Origin: Candidatus Freyarchaeum deiterrae
Lineage (GTDB): Archaea; Asgardarchaeota; Jordiarchaeia; Jordiarchaeales; Jordiarchaeaceae
Direction of reading: 5' to 3'
Assembly: GCA_037305845.1 (NCBI GenBank)
Contig: CP147778.1
Coordinates: forward strand, 480,001 to 544,000
Length of the DNA stretch: 64,000 bases
The position numbers and the translations under genes were made by a program. The notes under the pieces are model-generated. The model ran no database searches, had not been told where the DNA came from, and worked only from the letters and a program-made list of their open reading frames with translations. This document shows, piece after piece, positions 20,344-30,380 of this stretch (positions within the stretch are counted from its first letter, which is position 1; each line of letters starts with the position of its first letter).

Positions 20344-21714
20344 TTAAGACCCTAAAAATTCAGTCATTAAACGTTGTTTTCTTATTTCGGATAATACGCC
20401 ACTTACCTGAAGCCAATACTTCATACCTATACGCATACGTGTTTTTATATGCTCCAAAGCGTTCTCCATTGTTTGGAACTTCATCGGCTCATTTCTTAAA
20501 GCATCCCTAACGCATTCTCGTACCAACCAAACTCCCAGAGGCATAAGGTTGCCCGGCAGTGTTTCCCTGAATATGACTACCGCTGCTTGCCTTCTCTCCC
20601 CAAGAAGGTGTTCCGTAACTGCAAGCCTAGCCGCATAGTAACAACCACCTATGCTCGCGTAAGTGGTTCTACCTTTGTACGGTTCCCAATCTGACGCTAT
20701 ACCAATGTTGTTACGATCCGGATTCCATAACGTTCCCGGAAACCAAGCCTCTATCAACTCATAGCTCCAGGGTCGGGGAATCATAAGGACGATAAAACGG
20801 TTCTCAAGATAATTACTCTCGTAAACCAAATAATCATTTATTAAGGGGAAATCTTTAACATCCTCTCTCAGAGTTTGGGAAATGTTGCTGTCAACCGCGG
20901 TGATGCTCCACCTTGTGGGTACCAGTTTTCTGTTGTTCTTAATCCCCATAGCGCCGACACTCAGAATTCTCTGTATTCGTGTTACCGGAAGTTTATTTTC
21001 GTACAGCATCAAGATTCCTTCAATCGCCTTAAGATCCGTGTCGAAATACACTTTATCTACTAACTTGGGTATTTTAAAAGTGCCAATGTTAATTTTTTCG
21101 AGAGGTGCGGAAGGCCCCATTGGCTGTACTTCGCTGGATAACAAGAGACGATGTTTCGGCTTTTTCTTCAAGATTATCTCAGAGTCAACAGGATTGCCCG
21201 CAAGAGCAAGTTCACGGGTGTCCGTCAGTAATTTGTTTTCGGTGTCAACCTTCCTAACGTCTGTGAGAAACATACCCCTGACAAGTTTGTACCTATAACC
21301 TATTATTTCCTCAACATCTTTTCCAAACCAGAGTTCAGGAATATCGAAAATACTTGTATCGCCCCTCTCCGGTGGAACCATCGGCCCCGCATAAACATAA
21401 GGATACCCCTTCCTACCAATAAAAGCACTAGGCGGAGAATCCCCACTTAGTTGAGTCCCATCAAAACTTTTTGACATCTTAACATAGTTGTAAAAACGCT
21501 CAAGTAAGGGGCACTTATTTTTTCCACACAGCATCTTTGTGCCCCTGCATAGAAGGCAGGTTGATTGTTGGGGGGCCGTGTAATCTATGAGTTCTGGATT
21601 GAACTCTAATGCGGTGGAATAGTCCTCTATCAAGTGGTCTATCCAGGGGATTCTTTTTTTGACCTTTTTTACAAACTTGCCTGAAACTAGGGTGTCCAAA
21701 TAGATTACTCCCAT
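20344..21714 (-). CDS. nreA: Nre family DNA repair protein
   Basis: CLLCRG..LCG..CP Zn motif, SPPSAFIG, LVPTRWSITAVD, GGCYYAARLA, C-terminal PIP-like QRLMTEF. Confidence 0.9.
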   Translation of the reverse strand: MGVIYLDTLVSGKFVKKVKKRIPWIDHLIEDYSTALEFNPELIDYTAPQQSTCLLCRGTKMLCGKNKCPLLERFYNYVKMSKSFDGTQLSGDSPPSAFIGRKGYPYVYAGPMVPPERGDTSIFDIPELWFGKDVEEIIGYRYKLVRGMFLTDVRKVDTENKLLTDTRELALAGNPVDSEIILKKKPKHRLLLSSEVQPMGPSAPLEKINIGTFKIPKLVDKVYFDTDLKAIEGILMLYENKLPVTRIQRILSVGAMGIKNNRKLVPTRWSITAVDSNISQTLREDVKDFPLINDYLVYESNYLENRFIVLMIPRPWSYELIEAWFPGTLWNPDRNNIGIASDWEPYKGRTTYASIGGCYYAARLAVTEHLLGERRQAAVVIFRETLPGNLMPLGVWLVRECVRDALRNEPMKFQTMENALEHIKTRMRIGMKYWLQVSGVLSEIRKQRLMTEFLGS

Positions 21715-21974
21715 TAATACAACAATTAACTCACTTTAAAAAATCATCCCTCTTGGGGATTTGCCTTCTGGCTTTGTTTTTCGGTTTTTAAAATTCGAGT
21801 TTTTGTCTCAAATAAGTAGGAACTCGAATCGATTCATCTAGTTCTAATTCCCTAAACGGTAAAATTAGAATGTAACTTAATCCATTATGAGAATCGGATT
21901 AGACTGAGAATCTATGTAACAATTTGCATTCATCTTTTCTTCCCGTTTATGAAATTGCAAGCTTTTTAGATTTC

Positions 21975-22105
21975 AGTTTTTATTATAAGCAGCCTAATCG
22001 ACATAATTGGCATTACTACGATTGCCGCCGTTATCGGCTTCGGACTTATATTCGTAGCATTCATTCTCTGGGCCGCAGTTTTTTTATTCCTCGAGAAACA
22101 TGTAA
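21975..22105 (+). pseudogene. remnant of the 3' end of a membrane-protein gene
   Basis: startless frame reads VFIISSLIDIIGITTIAAVIGFGLIFVAFILWAAVF. Confidence 0.4.
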
Positions 22106-22280
22106 TCGATAGAAAAGATAGTAAACAAACCCACATTTTTTATTTATCATCAAATTCTTGACTATTATTAACATTTTAAGAATTGATTCTGTTTCAAGTC
22201 TGATTAGTGTATATATATGTTTCTAATTCTGTCTGATATGATACTAAAATAAAAAAAGTTGAGGTTTCTCTGGAAACCCT

Positions 22281-25157
22281 CTATATGTATTCTGCTATAT
22301 AATTAGCTGCATCAAGACAGAAATCTGGATTGGACCAGGTATTATGACCAACGAAAGACCAATCACGATACAACTCAGAAGTTCTATTATTCACCAAAGA
22401 CTTACTGCTATTTAGGGAATCATATGCTATATCATTATAAAGTATATCTCCGTTAGTCAAAGGTATTACTAGATCGTCCCAATTGTGGACTACGTAGAAG
22501 GCCAAGTTATGAGGAATACTGTCGCAGTGATCATTATTATTCATCCAGGCTGTAGTTGTATTTTCACCAGAATTTACTGGGCTGAGGCTTTGCGCTTCAG
22601 AAAGGGCTTGCGTATTATTGTTAATCCAATCAACAAGTAGCTGCTGCCCGGGTTGGTTACTAAGTATATATTGCGCTGCATCATACAGATTGGCCGGCCC
22701 GTCTCCTTCAACAACTACCTTAAGACTGCTTTGATATCCTTGAAGATACCCTAAGTCGGTGCAGGCAGCCATTGTTACTACGTAGGATCCTAAGCTATGT
22801 CCAACTAAGCCTATCCTGCTTCCGTCGAGCACACCGTTAGTGCCGCCATAACTCTGATTCGCTGTGTTAATTACTGCGTAAAGGTCCTTCATTAGGTATG
22901 AAAAGCTAGTAATATTATCATTAACCGTTGAAGCACCTGGCCTTTGAGTATATGTTACCACTGTGAAATTATTGGCTAGAAGATCTTTAGTCATATTAAT
23001 AAAGGTGGTTTCCCATACACTAAGGTCGCTCCCCAAACCGTGAACTAGTACTACCAGAGGTTGACGCGTACCTGCATTATTTGTGAAGAATTTCGCGGGT
23101 AACACATACAATCCGTCAAATGATGTAACATTAAACGACCATATTGCGGTTCCTTGTCCCCAAGTCACATTTACTCGTCTGGTTGCGGTTCCATTTAATC
23201 CCGCACTATCAATGACTGTGACTGTGACACCGAACACACCTGCTTCTATACCCTGGGAAGAAATAGGCTTGAAGCTGAAGGCACCGGTTTCGCCGTAAGG
23301 AGGCCCTGAAATCGGAGCCACAAGAGTGAACCGCGAATCGTTAATGAATATACTGTAAACTTGACTTCCGGTACCGTTGTAGGTTCCGTTAATCCAGACA
23401 CCGCTGCCGTAGGGCAATGGGGCATTATCAGTGGGGGGGATTGTAATTACTGCTATTGGGGGGCTCTTATCCACTATTACGTGTCTGGTTGCGGTTCCAT
23501 TTAATCCCGCACCGTCAATAACTGTGACCGTTACACCGAGCTCACCTGCTTGAATACCCTGGGAAGCATTGAGCTTGAAGCTGAAGGCACCGGTTTCGCC
23601 GTAAGGAGGCCCTGAAATCGGAGCCACAAGAGTGAACCGTGAATCGTTAATGAATATGCTGTAAACTTGACTTCCGGTACCGTTATAGGTTCCATTAATC
23701 CAGACATTGTTGTAAGGCAATATGGCATTATCAGTGGGGGGGCTTGTAATGTTTACTATTGGTGGGGTCGTATCCACTATTATTACTTGTCTGGTTGCGG
23801 TTCCATTTAATCCCGCCTCGTCTTGGACTGTGACTGTGACACCGAGCTCGCCTGCTTCTATACCCTGGGAAGCATTGAGCTTGAAGCTGAAGGCACCGGT
23901 TTCGCCGTAAGGAGGCCCTGAAATCGGAGCCACAAGAGTGAACCGTGAATCGTTAATGAATATGCTGTAAACTTGACTTCCGGTACCGTTATAGGTTCCA
24001 TTAATCCAGACATTGCTGCCATAGGGCAATATGGCATTATCAGTGGGGGGGCTTGTAATGTTTACTATTGGTTGACTCTTATCCACTATTATTAAGTGTC
24101 TGGTTGCGGTTCCAACAAACCCCGCACCGTCAATAACTGTGACCGTTACACCGAGCTCACCTGCTTCTATATTTTGGGAAGCATTGAGCTTGAAGCTGAA
24201 GGTACCGGTTTCGCCGTAAGGAGGCCCTGAAATCGGAGCCACAAGAGTGAACCGTGAATCGTTAATGAATATGCTGTAAACTTGACTTCCGGTACCGTTA
24301 TAGGTTCCGTTAATCCAGACATTGTTGTAGAGCAATGGGGTATTATCAGTGGGGGGGATTGTAATTGCTGCTATTGGGGGGCTCTTATCCACTATTACGT
24401 GTCTGGTTGCGGTTCCATTTAATCCGGTCCCGTCTTGGACTGTGACATTTACGTCAAAGTTACTTGTGGGTATGCCTGAGGCTTCGAAGCTGAAGGTACC
24501 AGTGCAACCGTAGGGTGTTGAACCCGAGGGATTCACGAGGGTGAACCGATTATCGCTTATGTTTATGAGGGTAATCTGACTTGGGAAGTCATTGTAGGTT
24601 CCGTTAATCCAGACACCGCCAGTGATAATCGTTTCGTCGTTAACGGGGGCTGTGATTGTAGCGTGTGGACTGTGTAGTTGGTCAACATTGAAAGTGATGT
24701 TGATTGTCACTGTTGTGGGTGATTGTATCCAGTAATAGTTAATCATGTTTGGATCTTGGTATGATACCAGTGTTCCGCTTGAAGTTGAATTAAAATTCCA
24801 TCCGTTCAAGTGGCCTACCAGTAAATAATCGACAGTGCTGTTTTGAAGGGTGTGTGTAACGCGTGTCTGAATCGTTCCATTAAGGTATTGGTATTGCCAA
24901 GACTCGCTGTAGTTGTAGTATGTTCCACTGACCTTTTCGATTACTGGGATTGTCCCAATTCCTGGTTGCCAGCCTGTGGGGTAATATCCAGCATTCGAGT
25001 TGCTGTTTAGAAGGGAATAGAGAAGGAGTGGGGTGTAATTGGCAGAGTTTTGGGAAAGGGTAAGCTCTGATATGTATAGTGACCCGCTGAAAACTGAGAG
25101 TATTACTAATGCGATTAGTGCATATCTGTATTTATTAAAAAGGTTTTTTTGACTCAT
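22281..25157 (-). CDS. secreted/surface alpha-beta hydrolase (esterase/lipase-like) with tandem Ig-like repeats
   Basis: signal peptide; five ~102-aa beta-rich repeats; LVHGLG, GHSLG nucleophile, WDDLVIP Asp, VGHN His; many N-x-S/T sequons. Confidence 0.8.
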   Translation of the reverse strand: MSQKNLFNKYRYALIALVILSVFSGSLYISELTLSQNSANYTPLLLYSLLNSNSNAGYYPTGWQPGIGTIPVIEKVSGTYYNYSESWQYQYLNGTIQTRVTHTLQNSTVDYLLVGHLNGWNFNSTSSGTLVSYQDPNMINYYWIQSPTTVTINITFNVDQLHSPHATITAPVNDETIITGGVWINGTYNDFPSQITLINISDNRFTLVNPSGSTPYGCTGTFSFEASGIPTSNFDVNVTVQDGTGLNGTATRHVIVDKSPPIAAITIPPTDNTPLLYNNVWINGTYNGTGSQVYSIFINDSRFTLVAPISGPPYGETGTFSFKLNASQNIEAGELGVTVTVIDGAGFVGTATRHLIIVDKSQPIVNITSPPTDNAILPYGSNVWINGTYNGTGSQVYSIFINDSRFTLVAPISGPPYGETGAFSFKLNASQGIEAGELGVTVTVQDEAGLNGTATRQVIIVDTTPPIVNITSPPTDNAILPYNNVWINGTYNGTGSQVYSIFINDSRFTLVAPISGPPYGETGAFSFKLNASQGIQAGELGVTVTVIDGAGLNGTATRHVIVDKSPPIAVITIPPTDNAPLPYGSGVWINGTYNGTGSQVYSIFINDSRFTLVAPISGPPYGETGAFSFKPISSQGIEAGVFGVTVTVIDSAGLNGTATRRVNVTWGQGTAIWSFNVTSFDGLYVLPAKFFTNNAGTRQPLVVLVHGLGSDLSVWETTFINMTKDLLANNFTVVTYTQRPGASTVNDNITSFSYLMKDLYAVINTANQSYGGTNGVLDGSRIGLVGHSLGSYVVTMAACTDLGYLQGYQSSLKVVVEGDGPANLYDAAQYILSNQPGQQLLVDWINNNTQALSEAQSLSPVNSGENTTTAWMNNNDHCDSIPHNLAFYVVHNWDDLVIPLTNGDILYNDIAYDSLNSSKSLVNNRTSELYRDWSFVGHNTWSNPDFCLDAANYIAEYI
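23177..24660 (-). repeat. intragenic tandem repeat, four near-identical ~306-bp units plus one diverged unit
   Basis: GTCTGGTTGCGGTTCCA recurs at 23177, 23483, 23789, 24098, 24401 (periods 306, 306, 309, 303). Confidence 0.95.
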
Positions 25158-25610
25158 TTTTCCGTATTCCAGAATTTTGGGTATTTAATTTGTCATTGCG
25201 CCCCTCCTCGGCGCTACTCTCGGAGCTTTTTGGAGAGGTCGACCTCACGGCGATGTATTCTCCGTGCAGCCATGTCCCCATCATCATTTTTTGTGAATCA
25301 TTATGTAGTTCGTTTTTCAAGTAGCACTTCCAATCGTCTACTTCGTTTAATTGAACATGTATATTAAATTTTCTTAAATTGTTTTTAAAATTGAAGTACT
25401 TTTTTCGAAAATAAATAAAATTACATATATAAATTACTTATAAAAGTTATATAAGGCACATAAAAATTATTAGACCATCATAATTTTTATCCTTCTACAT
25501 AATCAAGTCTGTTGAAATCATTTCATTTACAAGCCACATCATGTTCAGATCCTATGCAGCTTTTAATATAGAAATCGAGTGTACGAAGAAACAGTGGTAA
25601 GGATAAAGAG

Positions 25611-25835
25611 TTGGGTTATGTAGACTCGAATCTTATAAAAGAACATTTTCAAATAGGGTCAATGAGGGTTAAGAGAGCAAACTTAAAACAATTCTTTAAA
25701 GAGTTCCCGATAAATGAGGGTGAAAAGAAGACCGTTCAACTAGTGTTAAAAGAGAAAATCTCAACGGTTCTAGCCTATGAGAGGAAAACCAGAATCGCAG
25801 CACAGATACTAGCAATTAACACTTGTATACAATAG
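25611..25835 (+). pseudogene. degraded PIN-domain (DUF3368-like) toxin remnant
   Basis: GEKKTVQLVLKEKISTVLAYERKTRIAAQILAI resembles GExEAIALA...LxDERKAR..A..LG; catalytic acidic residues lost, truncated. Confidence 0.55.
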
Positions 25836-26045
25836 GAGCCCTCTTTCGCAAAGGCCCTTTCCTCGTAGTCTACAACCTTGAAGGTGTGCGTAACTCCCAA
25901 ATAGTTGACGCTACATACATACTTATAATCCTCGAAGGGACTGCATGTTCTGGTGCAATTTCTGAGGTTGTCTTTGCGGATTTGGGAAAAAAAGAGTATT
26001 TTAAATGAATTGGGTTAACAAATTAACTGAAAAGGAGGCAAGACT

Positions 26046-26789
26046 ATGGGTATGGAATGGAAAGATTATGCTGATAAAATAAGTGAGCTTCTTGGGCTTG
26101 AAGGAAATCCAGTAGCTATTACTTACTCTATGAAGCCGCCGTTGAAGTCTTCAGGTAAAAGGCATCGGGTATGCGACGCGTTCCTGAATACGAGGGACGG
26201 CGAGATTGTTGACCTTACCGCTCAGACATGCTCCTGTGTTGGTGGAACTTGGCATCTGGGCCTTGTTGGACCTCCGACGGGGGAGGCTTATAAAGCGTTT
26301 CAGGAATTTCTGGTTAATGGAGAGAAACTTTTCTGCTCCATAGTGGCTCTCTATCGGTCAGGAGCACTGAGCACAGCGCCGCCCTTTGGTCTAGCGGAGC
26401 ACGTTATTTTGTCGCCCATGAATGAGGCGGAACTCCGTCCAGACCTAGTTCTATTCGTATGCAACGCTGAGCAAGCCTGCCGACTCGTCACACTAGATAC
26501 CTATGATACCGGCATTCCTCCAAAAATTGAGATGGCGGGGTCAACGTGCCATCAGGCGGTAGCTTATCCCATAGTTAGCGGTGAGCTAAACGTCAGCTTA
26601 ATGGATTACACTAGTCGGCGTATTCGTGGCTATAAATCAGGAGACCTGATAGTTTCAATACCGTATCACCGTTTTCACGGAGTGATGCGAAGCATAGAGC
26701 ACTGCACAGCTGGACGAGCCAAAATGGAGGTTCCCGAATCATTCCGCCGTCTTTCACGCGCCCAAGAATCACTCGGTCCAGAAGATTAG
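26046..26789 (+). CDS. DUF169 family protein
   Basis: LGLEGNPVAI, CSCVGG..LGL, PDLVLF, STCHQ pattern. Confidence 0.8.
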   Translation: MGMEWKDYADKISELLGLEGNPVAITYSMKPPLKSSGKRHRVCDAFLNTRDGEIVDLTAQTCSCVGGTWHLGLVGPPTGEAYKAFQEFLVNGEKLFCSIVALYRSGALSTAPPFGLAEHVILSPMNEAELRPDLVLFVCNAEQACRLVTLDTYDTGIPPKIEMAGSTCHQAVAYPIVSGELNVSLMDYTSRRIRGYKSGDLIVSIPYHRFHGVMRSIEHCTAGRAKMEVPESFRRLSRAQESLGPED

Positions 26790-26924
26790 CTCAGAAGTTG
26801 AATGCTCAAAAATACTCTTAGGAGTTAATAGAACAGGTTTACTATTCTTGGAACACTCGCTGAGCGGGTTAAGAATAAAAGTTATTAATTGCAAAACAAT
26901 TTCAAACAGTATGGAGAGGTGATT

Positions 26925-27500
26925 TTGTTGTCATCTAAGAAAGATTTGAAACCGACTATTGCGTTATACCCGAACCCTGTGGTTTTGGCTACTTCGGTTG
27001 ATGAGAGAGGAAAGCCTAATGTTTGTACTCTGGCCTGGGCGGGAGTGCTGTGCTCGGAGCCTCCTCAGATAGGGATTTCTATTAGACCCTCACGTTATTC
27101 CCACGAGTTGATAAGCAAGACTAGGGAGTACGTTGTCAATTTACCCACTGTCGACATTGTGGAAGAAACAGATTACTGCGGCATAGTAACTGGGAAAAAA
27201 GTGGACAAGTTCAAAGAAACCAAACTCACACCGGTGAAAGCCAAAAAGGTCAAACCACCATTAATCAAGGAATGTCCAGTGAACTTGGAGTGCAAGGTTA
27301 AAGATATAATCAAGCTCGGGTCTCATGACCTGTTCATCGGGGAAATCGTAAATGTTAATGCAGACGCGGATTTGATGGATTCTCCCACTAGTATTAATTT
27401 TGGGAAACTAAAAGCTATAACTTGGAATCCCATCTCAAGAGAATACTATGGTCTCGGAGAATCCTTAGGAGAGTACGGTTTCTCACAAAAAAAGAAATAA
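26925..27500 (+). CDS. flavin reductase family protein
   Basis: YPNPVVL, EPP, PPLIKECPVNLEC, GSHDLFIGEI; start set at TTG after GAGGTG. Confidence 0.9.
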   Translation: MLSSKKDLKPTIALYPNPVVLATSVDERGKPNVCTLAWAGVLCSEPPQIGISIRPSRYSHELISKTREYVVNLPTVDIVEETDYCGIVTGKKVDKFKETKLTPVKAKKVKPPLIKECPVNLECKVKDIIKLGSHDLFIGEIVNVNADADLMDSPTSINFGKLKAITWNPISREYYGLGESLGEYGFSQKKK

Positions 27501-27634
27501 AGTAAAGGTAAAAATCTGAAAAGCATAGGATTAAAATACACTTGCACAGAAAATATCTTTGTTCTTGGAGAAACAAAAGAAAAGTAGTCGGGGCCTGTTT
27601 AAACCCAGCCCCAAATTAGAATTTTTATTTTATT

Positions 27635-28573
27635 TTATTTAATTCCGAGTATTCTCTGTGCGTTGCCTCCGAGCATGAGGTCAACTTCTTCTTGGGTGAA
27701 TTTGAAACCCTCTTCTGTGGCCTTTGTGGGTAGGTCTTTTACTAGTTGAATGTAGTCTTTGCCGGGCATTGCGGCTTCCAGATAGGGTCCATCTGTTCCC
27801 CACAAGACTCTGTCTTCTGAGAATTCGTCGAGGCATTCGCGGAGCGAAGCGCAGAACTCGTGATAACTATTTTGGGCTATTAGCTGCCATCCCGAGAAGT
27901 CTACTGTCAGATTTGTTTTGCATGAGCCCATGTGAAATAATTCGTAGCGCCAGCCGAACCCCATGTGTGCGGCTTGTATCGTAAGGTCGGTGAAGTCTAA
28001 ACAAACATCGTCGAGAAACATTGGGTCGCAGTACTTGGATCTCAGGGGTTGGACTATTTGTCCGGTGTGGAAGAGAACCGGCTTCTTAAACTCTCTTGCA
28101 ATGTCTAAAAGCTTGTAGGCCTCTTTGCTGTTGGGGTAGAATCCGGTAGACGGGTGGAGCTTCAAGCCGCTCATTTTCCACTCCTCGAAGCATCTCCTGA
28201 TGAGCTTGTCTGCGTTTGGTCTTCTTGGGTCTACACTTGCAAAAGCTAGGATTTTTTTGGGATACTTCTTTTGGATGCCGGCAAAAATCTGGTTCTGCTC
28301 TTCGATGGACACTTTGGGGTCACCCAAAAGAAGACCGTAATCCTGTACGCATGCGACGGTCATGTCAATTCCGAAGTTTTTCATCTGAGCAATTAGTTTC
28401 TCACCCGTGGGGTCGAAAAAGTTGGGGAGAAGCTGATCAATTATCTGCTGGGGCGTCATATCCATGCCGAGAAGTTTTTTTACGGGTTTAACGTAGACTT
28501 TGGCTAACTCGTTCCACCAAGTTGTAGGATACCAATCTTTATCCACAATGTGAGAGTGTGCATCAATAATCAA
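27635..28573 (-). CDS. amidohydrolase-2 family protein
   Basis: IIDAHSH, GLKLHP, LFHTG, AHMG, WGTDGP. Confidence 0.9.
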   Translation of the reverse strand: MIIDAHSHIVDKDWYPTTWWNELAKVYVKPVKKLLGMDMTPQQIIDQLLPNFFDPTGEKLIAQMKNFGIDMTVACVQDYGLLLGDPKVSIEEQNQIFAGIQKKYPKKILAFASVDPRRPNADKLIRRCFEEWKMSGLKLHPSTGFYPNSKEAYKLLDIAREFKKPVLFHTGQIVQPLRSKYCDPMFLDDVCLDFTDLTIQAAHMGFGWRYELFHMGSCKTNLTVDFSGWQLIAQNSYHEFCASLRECLDEFSEDRVLWGTDGPYLEAAMPGKDYIQLVKDLPTKATEEGFKFTQEEVDLMLGGNAQRILGIK

Positions 28574-28728
28574 CTCATACTCCCTCCAAAAATAGTTATT
28601 ACATATTTTCTTCAATTTAGTATTTAAGACTATATACCTCTCAACGGTTGGATTTTATTTTTATGGCTGAGATTCTTTAATAAAGGAAAGGTCAATTTAA
28701 CAAGGAAGGTTAAAAAAAGAGGAGATTT

Positions 28729-29883
28729 TTAGAAATCTATGGTTTTTCCCTCGTATGCGTATTGGAAGATTTTTCTGAGATCTTCTTCGCTTGGTCTTCG
28801 TGGGTTGAAAAACAAGTTTACATCTGTCTTGGCGAAATTCACTACCTTTTCAAAGTTTTGTTTCCAGTCCTTTTCAGATATTCCGAGTCCTTTTATGGTG
28901 AATGGAGCGTCCATTTTTTTTAATAATTCTTTGACCATTGAGGATAATTTCGCCGTGGGATCCTTTACGCCGGTAACGTTGAGACTCTCAAGGATTTCAG
29001 TATACACTTCTTTACATTCGGGTTTATTGTACTCAATGTTATAGGGCAACATTAAACCAACGGTGGAACCGTGTGAAAAATGAAAAACTCCTCCTAGCGC
29101 GTGTCCGCAAGCATGGCCGAGGCCATTGCCGGCAGTCCCATAAGCGATTCCTATCATTGACGCAGCGTAATGAATTTTTTTGCGAGCATTAGTGTCATTA
29201 GCACCCTCTTTGACGGCTATTGGTAAATATTTGAAGAGGATTTTAATTGCGTACAGATTGTAAGCTTGAAGAAAATCAGTAATCAGTTTGCTGGATGCAC
29301 TCTCAATTGCCTGAGCTAACGCATCAAGCCCAGATGAAAGAGTAAGTTCTCGTGGCATGTTTAATACTAAGGTGGGATCAAGAATCACAGCTGAAGGAAC
29401 CAATTCATATGAAACTAACGCGGTCTTCTGTCCTGTTTGTGAGTTCGTGAACACTAATCCTGGACTATTTTCGGAACCGGTTCCGCTAGTAGTTGGAACA
29501 AGAACCAATTTAGATTTTTCTTTTAAATTATATTCCTTGGTTAAATTTATGTCAGATAGTTTCAGAGATGGTTGTCCATAAAGGAAATAACACGCTTTAG
29601 CTATATCCATTGCTGAGCCGCCGCCGATTCCAATGATTAGCTCCGGTTTAAATTCGCGGGCGACATCGCCACCTTTTATCATAATGGTGTCTGTTGGATT
29701 GGGTTCGGCTTCATCAAAAATTTTAACTTCTCTCCCCTTGAAAAGGTCTAAGAGTTTGTCTCCAACCATTTGTCGAGTGGTTTTGCCGGTTACAATCAAA
29801 ATTCTATTTTCTTTGAAATTCTTTAATTGTTCTAATGATCTCTTACCATGGTAAATAACGGGTATTCTAATTGGTAATGACAT
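28729..29883 (-). CDS. iron-containing alcohol dehydrogenase
   Basis: EPNP, GGGSAMDIAK, PTTSGTGSE, DALAQ, HACGH, HG. Confidence 0.9.
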   Translation of the reverse strand: MSLPIRIPVIYHGKRSLEQLKNFKENRILIVTGKTTRQMVGDKLLDLFKGREVKIFDEAEPNPTDTIMIKGGDVAREFKPELIIGIGGGSAMDIAKACYFLYGQPSLKLSDINLTKEYNLKEKSKLVLVPTTSGTGSENSPGLVFTNSQTGQKTALVSYELVPSAVILDPTLVLNMPRELTLSSGLDALAQAIESASSKLITDFLQAYNLYAIKILFKYLPIAVKEGANDTNARKKIHYAASMIGIAYGTAGNGLGHACGHALGGVFHFSHGSTVGLMLPYNIEYNKPECKEVYTEILESLNVTGVKDPTAKLSSMVKELLKKMDAPFTIKGLGISEKDWKQNFEKVVNFAKTDVNLFFNPRRPSEEDLRKIFQYAYEGKTIDF

Positions 29884-30380
29884 GATTAGCCCTCCATACA
29901 ATGTGTACCATAAAAAGATTTTATTTTCGAAATAATTAATTCATTGTGAGTTTTTTATGGGTGGATAGTTATATAAATTTTTTACCACAAAGGGAGTGGT
30001 ATATTATGGTTAGATTCCATTCAAGTAGCCAGGGTTTTTGATTAAATTAGAATCGAATTAGGTAAGTTTATCGATATTAAACTAGGATACTGCGAGGAGT
30101 AAGTAGGTAAGGTTTTGAGACTTGTGAAAGAACAATATGAGTGAGGAATATATCTCCGCCTTCTTAGGGTAGGATAAAAAAATAGAAATGATAAAAAAAA
30201 AGCACCTGAGGGAGGCATCATTTCATACAATTTTTCACTCTAATTAGTTTGGGGATTAAGCCTCACTTCGACAGGATTGTGAATCTCTGCCTCCCAAGGG
30301 TTTCATATGAATTTGAAAATTAAATGATATGTATATTTGGTGCTCACTTTATTTTATGGTCTCGTAGTCTTCGTTATTAT

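Noticed and set aside
25248-25270. GGCGATG..TTCTCC resembling a fluoride riboswitch 5' end
   Set aside because: 3' GCUGAUGAC-type element absent and orientation does not lead into a relevant gene
30210-30296. 8-bp inverted repeat GGGAGGCA/TGCCTCCC
   Set aside because: too short, no second copy or target-site duplication
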